A stretch of DNA of 64,000 nt from Macrostomum lignano (lineage: Eukaryota): positions 1 through 64,000 of the forward strand of contig NIVC01000871.1 in assembly GCA_002269645.1 (NCBI GenBank). Direction: 5' to 3'. How positions within the stretch are numbered: the stretch's first letter is position 1; each line of letters opens with the position of its first letter. The notes under the pieces were generated by a model. It saw only the letters and a list, made by a program, of their open reading frames with translations, was not told the origin of the DNA and searched no databases. Below are positions 35,256-64,000 of the stretch, one piece after another. Both the position numbers and the translations under genes were made by a program.

Positions 35256-36907
35256 ATGCTTCAGCCGATCGAAAAGTTCTTTAACGAGAGCACGGTTCAC
35301 GCGCTGGTTCACTTCACTGGCCAGCGCAGGCTCTACGTGAAGCTGATTTGGTTTGCAGCTTTCGCGGTTTCCTTTGCATTCTGCGGCTTGCGAATAGCGG
35401 AAGCTTTCAATAAGTTCTTCGGAGGGGAAGTGACCACCATGGTAAAGGAAGGCGCTGTCGACTTTGAGTTTCCTGATTTGTACATCTGCAACGAGAGCCC
35501 CATTTCTGGGAGCTATTCTGTGTCTTTGAGCCGTGAAAATGACCAGTTTATCAACCGGTACAGGGACATGATTAACGACACCGTTCTGAAATATGCACCT
35601 CCGGACAGTCAAATGGAGGAGTACGCAGTGAGAATGATCAACAGCCTGCCATTCAAGTTCCTGTCGGACGTTTTGGGCCGCCAGACTTGGCAATCCATCA
35701 TTGATCTGACCATTAACGACGTCGACATGCGAAATAAGGTCATCTTGCATCACAGCAACATCTACCTGAACTGCTTCCTATTGAATCTATCAGACGCTGA
35801 TAGGATTAGTCTAAGTGCCCCAGCTAGCAGGCTGACTGTCACGCTGTTCTCCGATCCCCAGGTGTCGGCACCGATCAAAAACAACACCCGTCAGGACGTG
35901 TTCGAGGGCTACGCCGGCAGAACCAACCTCAAGCCGGGTGATTGGGATTTCAACTATGGCTTCGACTACACGAGAACGGACGGCTTTCGGACCTTTATTA
36001 CACCTAGAGGCATGCTACCCAACGACTTTAGCACTCAGTTTGTACTTGGTGGCGGCCAGAAGCTTGAGCTAGAGCTAGGAATGGAGGATGTCATTATGAA
36101 GCCGAATGACTTTGTCGGACAGTGCCTCGATGTAGAGGGCACAGAAGGAGTTGACTACTGGAATCCGTACACTGGGGAGAGAGAGACTTTCCAGTACGAG
36201 TACTACGCCTGCTTGCACAGGGAGGTTTACAAGGTCTCGAAGTCCATGCTGAACTGCTCGCTGCTGCGAACTCCAACACCGTGGGAGTAGCGCGACCTCC
36301 AGTCCTGCTTCAACATGACGGCCTTCCCCAATCAGAGCAGCCAGATGTCCAGCTATGACACGCTTCGCAGCTTGATTTCTATCACTGCGCTCAGAAATTG
36401 TCGCGGCCAAAAGCCCTGCAAACGAAGGTTCTACTCGTTCAAGCCATCCTCTTCACCCTGGCCTTCCCCGAGACTGTACAACGAGTACCTGAAAGGCTTT
36501 ATCAACTACAAGTTGGTCACTAGCCGGGTGACCAGCGATATAAAGCCTCTGCCAGGCATTCAATACTTGTTCAATAACGCGTCGGGAAGCGAGGCGAGCA
36601 GGTCGCTCATGCAGATGACTCTGTCAGCAGACGATGATAAATGTTCAGAGACGCAGCTGGCCGTCTCCTACACGATCAACTCGTTGACAGCTGATATTGG
36701 CGGCCTTCTCGGCCTGTTCCTGGGCATGTCGCTTCTGTCAGTGATAGAACTAGTGGAACTGCTGCATGACTTTGTGTTGTGTTAGCTGGTTACCATCGTT
36801 ACAAAGACGAGCAGAAAACTGTAGAAGCGGAAGTTCCATCGTCGGAGCTTCGAGGCGTCAAGCAAGTGGCGTCGGACGATGCATCGAAAATGCCCAACGT
36901 GCAGTGA
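35256..36907 (+). pseudogene. Intronless DEG/ENaC (amiloride-sensitive Na+ channel/ASIC family) gene, disrupted by an in-frame TAG at 36288..36290 and a probable 1-nt deletion near 36783
   Basis: STVHAL pre-TM1, TM1 KLIWFAAFAVSFAFC, FPDLYICN, Cys-rich thumb, and TM2 ADIGGLLGLFLGMSLLSVIELVE with a GMS filter. ORFs 35256..36290 and 36315..36785 are in the same frame, separated only by the stop. Confidence 0.82.
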
Positions 36908-37029
36908 TGGCGCAAACCTGCCTCCAGGGAAGCTTTCAAAATTATTCAAAAATTGAGACCATCTTTGATCGATGACGATTTAAAACAAAAGCCAATGCGT
37001 TCTGAGGTTTGTGTTGCTTCTATGCCCTT

Positions 37030-37330
37030 AGTAATTCGTCGTTATTCGCTGGTCCCGCTACTGTAGTATGTCCATATGCTAATATAGTAGAAAATCTAGG
37101 ATTGGGAGTCGTCTATGGCCATAAACTATTTTTACAGAAAATTCAAAATTGAAAAATTGAAATGGAATGTTAATATAGCGATGCCCCGTGATAAAATAGT
37201 CTATGGCACTCGTGCGCTCCGCACGATTTAATCTTCCACTGTTAGATGAATAGCATAGCCCTAAGTGAGGATTTACCACAGACGGTCGCCTCGGGTACGA
37301 AATGCGTTTTTTGCTGAAATCAAAAGCGAA
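37030..37330 (-). mobile_element. Possible degenerate Penelope-like GIY-YIG fragment
   Basis: Minus-strand translation TSAIDYFITGHRYINIPFQFFNFEF...LPILDFLLY loosely resembles the SAI..H...GH....F.IL...L.ILE.L.I tail of PLE endonucleases; weak. Confidence 0.25.
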
Positions 37331-37899
37331 TTTGAACCGGGGACTATACCAAGATTGGGGGTTTGGGTCGGGGCCACAGCATTTCGCAGACCTGATTCCT
37401 TCATCCCAGGTTTTAACCTCGTTACCTTTTTCCATACACCTTTTGGTCATAGACAGGAACAGAAAGCGGTCCCCAGCCGTCGTTTCCTTGTAATACACAT
37501 TTCCTCTTTTGTGTCTTAGATCTTGCTCTCTCATTTTAGCATCTGTTTTGAGGTAAAAACTAACCTTTAGCTAAGCCTTACTTAGTTGGATTAGTTTCAT
37601 TAAACACTGAGGATGGCCGAGATATTCGGATCGCGCTGTCATGCAACATGCTTAGTGTCTGCTGGATAAAGAAAAGACCCCCATGCTATATTTAAACACA
37701 GTGAATGCTTCTCAACCAGTGAATTGCTATACAGAGGAGACTCAACTCTGGCTGAGCAAGATCCCCAGAAATTTAGTTTATGGCCGAGGATCAATGACCA
37801 AATAAATTTGAGTTTTTGCTCACTTTATTCATACGGCTTATACTGTCTTGAAAAACGCGTAGAAAAAATTTTGTAATTTCCAATTAAAAAAAACTTGGT

Positions 37900-38200
37900 T
37901 TCTCCTGCACCACCAGCTGTGGACAGTACAGTTACAGTACAGTCGGCGCGGATGATGAGGCCTGCCAGCTGGAGTCTCCGACGCTGCAACTGGTCGCTTG
38001 TGCTTGAGAGAGTCCAGTTAGCTTTCAGCGTTGTACAGCAGGACGGTCTCGACGACAACTGCCTGGAACGGCGCCAAACTCTGGCGGTCAGACGACACCG
38101 GGAACCAGACTGCTGAGGTAAGACAAACTGCTGACAACGCAGAAGCCTCGACGCCTGTCTATCAGCGCCTGATCGGCGCAAAACTGCAGCCTTGATGCAA
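37900..38200 (-). mobile_element. Degraded non-LTR retrotransposon (LINE) fragment, post-RT C-terminal region
   Basis: Broken frames give FQAVV-ETVLLYNAES(W)TL and LQRRRLQLAGLIIRA, motifs typical of the C-terminal region of RTE/L2-type ORF2 proteins. Confidence 0.55.
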
Positions 38201-38626
38201 GGACTACTATAGACTAGTCGGACGCAACACTTGCAAATCTTGCAAAAATAGTTGAAGGCGATTATTAAAATACCCGTACCTCCGAATTGATTGAATGTAC
38301 ATGTAGAAGGTTAATTTTTCGCCTGATTGTTCAGATTTTTGTCCTTTTCCAAGTAAGTCATTTAGTTTATTTTTCCACTAGATGTTGATTTAAGAGAAAA
38401 TCCTGTACAATGGAGACATTGGAATGTTTAGGATACTGTTAACAACCTAATAATACGACTAAACCACAAAGTAATATAATACATATAGCGTGTTTCTGGT
38501 TTACACAGCAAATTTTTGAAAGAAATAGCCTGCAGGAGCTACTGCAATCAGCACATATTATGTTGAAAATCGTGCAGTTTATTTATCTCGCGAATGCATA
38601 CGTACAACAACACAAGGACTACTAGA

Positions 38627-38826
38627 CTATATAACGAAGTGTTCCTAGTGGTTCTTGCGACAACAAAAAATCGGCCTAATATTTTACACGAATCAAGAGT
38701 GAAACGTCCTTCTATAACGAAGTGTTCCTAGTGGTCCTTGCGACAACAAAAATCGGCCTTCTAATATTTTACACGAATCGAGAGTGAAACGTTCTTCTAT
38801 AACGAAGTGTTCCTAGTGGTCCTTGC
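38627..38826. repeat. About 85-bp unit repeated 2.3 times (CTATAACGAAGTGTTCCTAGTGG...)
   Basis: Three copies start near 38627, 38711 and 38797; the last is truncated. Confidence 0.8.
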
Positions 38827-40819
38827 CTCGACTTCGTCCAGCACACAGGCGCACGACGGTCTCTGCACGTTGACCACCCAGGCCAACACTCCCGGCAACG
38901 CTAACCAGCTTATCCAGTTGTCGCTGGGCGCCCTCGACAGCAGGACATCGTTAACCCACGCAGTAACCAAAATTAACCCACGAAGAACGCGATGCACCCT
39001 TGTTTTTCTGGATGTAGCGGTAGACCTTTCAAATGTCTAAATATTCTGATTATTGACAGAACAAAGCGAGCAAATTGCACTGACAATTACGCTAATTGAG
39101 GGCATGTTTGCACAGCATCTCTTCATCTCTTCATAATTGCAATTGGTGGAGACTTTGCCCTTTAAAGACTTACTGTGTGGAAATTGTATCCGTTTCTACA
39201 CTGACAACGGCATTGTCGTTGCCAATGGAAACAAGAAGCAATTAATCATTCACTCTCCTGGTGATCCTTTGTTTATTGTCAATATTAGGCGTGACCCGGC
39301 CTCTTGCTAAAATTGATGATGGAAAATTCGCTTCAATCCAGCTGCTTCCATTGTAAATTGATTTCCCTACAAGTGCAAAGTTCCCTAAGAACCACTTTCC
39401 AAGTAACAAAAGCTTCATGGGGCTTACTGAGGTTAGTTGGCGACGTTGCTAAACATTTATTGCAGTTACATGTGCTATTAAATTTCTGTACATGTACTAG
39501 GTTTGAGGGGTGCATCTGGCACCTGTCGTGCGTCTCCCTGCTAGAAACGAAACGTGATCGGCAAACAGGCTCAAATGATTGTCAAGTGATTCACTGTCCC
39601 ACTAATCGAAAAGCGATCTGCATAATTATCATGAGACATGATTGACGCCCATATAGGAGACCGAGACTCCACCTAAGTAGAGAGGAGCGCCCATGCACCT
39701 AAGAGACAGAGATACTGTGGGCATCTTGTGCTGCTTCCTAGCATTTATTTTTTAGTAAGCGAGAGACAAGCACGGCGGCTTCGCTCAAACTTTTTACCGA
39801 CTTCCACTGCATGCGCATTATTGCAGTAAACTAGGACTAGTAGATTGTCACTTTCGTTGATTTTGTCGTACAATATACTGATGGGTTTCGACCTTCGGGC
39901 CCCCTTGTGGAGAAGCCTTCGGGCCTCAGGTCTCAGAAATAAATCAATTAGAGTCCTGGCCCCCCACTCCTGTCAGATGGTCAGCCCCATGGTAGCTTGA
40001 TCGTGTGGCGAGCAGTCTAGGTCCTATAGCTAAGAGAGGGACAGCGAGAGACAAGCAGGGAGAATTTTGAAGGTAGAAATTAGCTAATCCGCAGACTAAG
40101 CTAACTCGCTGCCACCAGCCCGTGCGTCCTGGCTCACCACACCGGAACTTTCGAAATCGGGCTTCCGACAAGCTTTGGGCTTTGCACGTACCTGCCAACT
40201 AGTGTCTTTTTGCTGTCAACCTCGAAGTCATAGCCGATGTTAAGGGACACTGCTGGGGCTAGATCGCATTGGCCATGCAGGTACAGAGGGGACTTGTGCA
40301 GCGGATTCTTGCAGTGGCGAGTCTATGGGGTAGCTACATGTACTATTACATTGCTAAATACGAAGAATTGTACTTTTGGCCTTCAACGCGCCAACCAGCC
40401 TCTCCTAGCGCTGATGATAGACTAACTCGAACCTCAGAGACCGCATGATTCATCACCCGAGCCGCTTGGCGAACCTAGAGTGCACAGAGTACATCTCTGG
40501 CGCCGATTCTGCACTACTGGCTGATTTGCTCACTGATTTGATAGATTGATCGACTGAGATCTGCCTTGCCATTGGTCCACTGTGACCGGCGCCTAGCTTA
40601 GCTACTCATCTGAGCCATCGGCGAACAAAGAAATAAAACCGATGAAAATAACTGTTAGATTTAACCTTCTCCTCAGATCACTTCACACTTCAGATTGAAT
40701 TGGAGTTTAGACTACTAGCAGTATTATTGAATGACTTCTGCCTCAGCAACAGCACTACTGAACAAAAAGAGCAAAAGTGTGCGCCTAATCCAGCTACTGA
40801 AATAGGGGACAGATAAGGA

Positions 40820-41285
40820 ATCACCCAATCAAGCAAGTCTAGGCAGCCTCTCACCCAACCAATCAGAAACTCAACAGCCGGAGACCAGGTAATCCACAGT
40901 GACCGAATCGGCTTAGTGCTTCGCAGCTGTAGACCCGGGATGGTGTTGATGTCACGGTCTTCGCAGATAGCTATCAGGTGATGCTCTTAACTTTGATGTT
41001 CGCTGCTGATGACCGGGAGGGACTCGTCCTTGATGATGATGGGGGAGGTCGCAATCCGGGGATCAAGAAACGACGGTCGCGCTTCGGGATGTCTCAATCT
41101 AGGCTAAGTTCCCAGGAGGAGTAGGTCCTAGCGGGCCAAAAACACCGGCTTAAATAGCCGCCAACTGGACCGCAGTTTTTTATAGTGGAACACGTCGATT
41201 CTGATTGGCTGAGCCGATTTGTTAAAATGAGCGTCGAATTTTCTGATTGGCTAAGCTGGTTGCTACCCAGAATCACGTGACCAGG
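40820..41285. promoter_or_regulatory. Cluster of CCAAT (NF-Y-type) boxes and a TCACGTGA E-box; candidate promoter upstream of MADD
   Basis: CCAATC at about 40825 and 40859, CTGATTGGCT at 41201 and 41243, TCACGTGA at 41273. Function is inferred only. Confidence 0.3.
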
Positions 41286-43722
41286 AGATCCTATCAGTTC
41301 CCTCGGGGTCGTAAAAACATGACAGGTGCGGCCATAAATCAATCAAAATCGCAACAAAATGATTTATAACTTTTCGCGTAGATTTGACAAAAAATGAGAA
41401 AATATACATTAGAAAGCTCTTATTAAATAGAAAGTGAAGATAATGAAGAGAAATCACTAATCGCTAATCCCAAAGTACTTTTAGGGTAAAACGCATAGCT
41501 GTCAAAGCTGTCACACGCTTGAATGAACACGAACAATAGGCCCTGACCTCATAAATCTTGATGGCCTGTCAAAATGATGAGAAAAAAGCCACCATTCGCA
41601 TCCCCTCATGCCATCTGGCGCCAGCCTCAACACTGAGTGAGGCGCAGGTGGCTGTCAGACCAGCTTAATTGAAAAGCGATGATTTACGACCCAAAAAGCT
41701 GCGCCTATGTTATTATGACTACTAGTATGACCAAAAATTATATCTAGTATAGATTCTATGACAATTCGCAGAAAAAAAAGATAAAAATGCCTATTGCCCA
41801 CTGTTAGTAGGCTAGTAAGTTTAGAGCCCATGTGCTAGCGCGGGATTTGAAAAAAAGTGCGTCCTCATCAATACCTATACCATGTGGACCTTTGAATCTT
41901 CTCGGAAAAGGTGGCTCTCTGCAGTGTCACTGTTTAAGAACGCAAAGTTACACATATGTAACTTTGACAATATAAAACACAATGTATATTGTCGAACTAA
42001 AAATATACTATTATAGCTAGCTGTACATGTACATACTCACTTATACATTTAAATTTACATTTTAATGATGGAAACCACAAAGCGAAGTCAAAGATCTATT
42101 ACTTAACGAGTGAATATACAACGATGGAAAAATGTTTCTTAAGGATTTAAGCGAACGAGTATCTATAGCAGAAAAAGAGAACTCCGGTAGTAATAAAAGT
42201 TTGTAGTTTAAAACTAATTTACTAATTACCTAAGTTTCTTACTAGTATATTTTTAAAATTCAAGATAAATAAAGAAAAATACTAGCTAGTTAACAAAAAA
42301 CCTAAATACTGATTAGATTAATATTTTGTATTGTCGTTTATCGTGTTAACTTTTGACATTAAAAGCTGACAAACATTTCACTAGACACATTATCTCCTAA
42401 TGTTCTATCTAAATCATAATTCTTATCCTGAAACTAAAATTGCATGTCGATAGGCGCCTTCTTATATTGATAACATAGACTATGGTTTAAAATCTAAAGT
42501 GCTATTGTGAAAGTGAAAGCAAAGTATATTCCACGTTTAATGCTTTTAAATATATATGAAAGTAGAAGCCAAACATATTTTTAGTGCAGTATGATTGTGA
42601 GTGTTAATGTACAAAAATATAATACCTAATTTTTTTGAAATTATGATAATGGCATAAAACGACTTTGTGAAAATATAGCCTATTTGAATGTCTTTTAAAA
42701 ATCATACTTGGCCCTTAAAAGTAAAATTAAGCATATAATTTTCTTTATGCAAAATATATAAATTTAATCTCTTTATGCTATAAAGACATACAATACAAAC
42801 AATACTATCAAAATAAACTGGAAAGTTGGTAAAATAAGCTTAAGGCAATAAGAAGCTAAATTTGTGTGTAAAAATTGTGTTTATATTAATAAAATTGTAG
42901 AATGTAGTCATTACTTAGTATAATTATAATACTTCTAAGTATAAGTATATACTATGATGAAATTATTAAAATATTTAGTATTTAGCTTTAAAACATGATA
43001 TAAAATTTGGTATAAAGGAGGGATAAAGTTCAAGTTGCCACAATGAAAATGAATTTTTATATAGCTTATAAAATTATAACTTATAGAACCTAGTCTATAA
43101 TGTATTTATATAGGTTTTGTATTATTATAGATTGTATAGCAATGTCAAAATGCCCTCATTATATAAAAACTATTTTTTTGCTGTTACACTGATATTTCAT
43201 ATTTTATAAAGCAAAGCTATACAACACTACAAGCCTATCAAATAAGTTTTAGCCAAAATATAGACCAATCACTAATAATGTAAGCATTTAACCTAAGAGT
43301 TGACAGGTCTTTTAAAACTTTAAAAAGCAATATAGCCCAATTAATGTGTATATCTCTTTTTAGTGCTTCTCTCTCTCATCTCTAATTTACTTTCTCCTCT
43401 CTCCTCTTTTCTTCTTTATTCCCTCACCCCATTTCTCCAACCTGTAGTCATACTTTGGGTTCTCTATCCAGCGCTTATGGCAAAAAAGTTATCCTATCCT
43501 TGAATTAACATATTCATACAACTTTTGTAGCAGAATTTGTTCATATTATATAACCAAATTAAAAATTTTATGCTAAGAACCCGTCATGATATCATCGAGT
43601 TGTTCAGAAACACTTTCAAACAATTTCTAATCATATGATATCTCCAGAGCCAAACAACAATCATTGTAACAAACAAAAAGTGCGCCAATTTGAATAAAGC
43701 TCAAACATTTGTGAAATAGAAG

Positions 43723-63776
<20,054 letters not shown>

Positions 63777-63824
63777 GTGAGCCACCACTTCTGGTGTGAT
63801 GAAAGAGAAGTCTCTCAAAAAGCC

Positions 63825-64000
63825 TCTCAAATCTACCCCTAGCCTGTCAATTTTACCCCTAGTATCCCAAATCTACCCCTAGCCTGTCAATTTTACCCCT
63901 AGTATCCCAAATCTACCCACAGCCTCTTAAATCTATTCTAGCCTCTTACACTGTAAATCTACTCCTATCCTCTTAAATCTACTCCTATCCTCTTAAATCT
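63825..64000. repeat. About 21/42-bp degenerate repeat (AAATCTACCCCTAGCCTGTCAATTTTACCCCTAGTATCCC) in MADD intron 15
   Basis: Visible tandem units continuing to the window end. Confidence 0.8.

Noticed and set aside
35250-35753. 167-aa minus-strand ORF
   Set aside because: Antisense shadow of the DEG/ENaC coding sequence.
37595-37650. CTGAGGA followed by a CCGA/TCGG hairpin as a hammerhead ribozyme
   Set aside because: No GAAA follows the stem, so the catalytic core is incomplete.
38830-39650. Short ORFs with an FLDV word as reverse transcriptase remnants
   Set aside because: A single short motif with no supporting RT blocks in any frame.

Overview
Eukaryotic (animal) genomic DNA with GC-rich exons and GT-AG introns largely filled by short-period minisatellites. 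That architecture and the gene content best fit a free-living flatworm such as Macrostomum lignano; this is an unverified inference. Hand-spliced genes, left to right: the 3' part of a divergent G-protein alpha subunit (+); a BRCA2 orthologue (-) with 4 BRC repeats and the helical domain but no OB-fold exons in the window; a CEP85/CEP85L-like coiled-coil gene (-); and ARPC5 (-). These are followed by an AT-rich TE zone holding an apparently intact 4.2-kb hAT transposon (8-bp TSD, 13-bp TIRs, two-exon 641-aa transposase) and a young 1.7-kb non-autonomous LTR element (TRIM-like, 4-bp TSD). Next come an intronless DEG/ENaC gene with a premature stop and a probable frameshift, then LINE, Penelope and MITE relics. 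A large MADD/DENN (AEX-3-like Rab3/Rab27 GEF) gene (+) starts at 43723 and runs off the right edge. Most long ORFs in the supplied track are artefacts of tandem repeats. The most notable observations are the missing BRCA2 DNA-binding exons with a G-alpha gene in their path, minisatellite families shared between unrelated genes in the same transcriptional orientation, an intron built of repeated CAG|GT splice-site-like units, the intact hAT and the TRIM.
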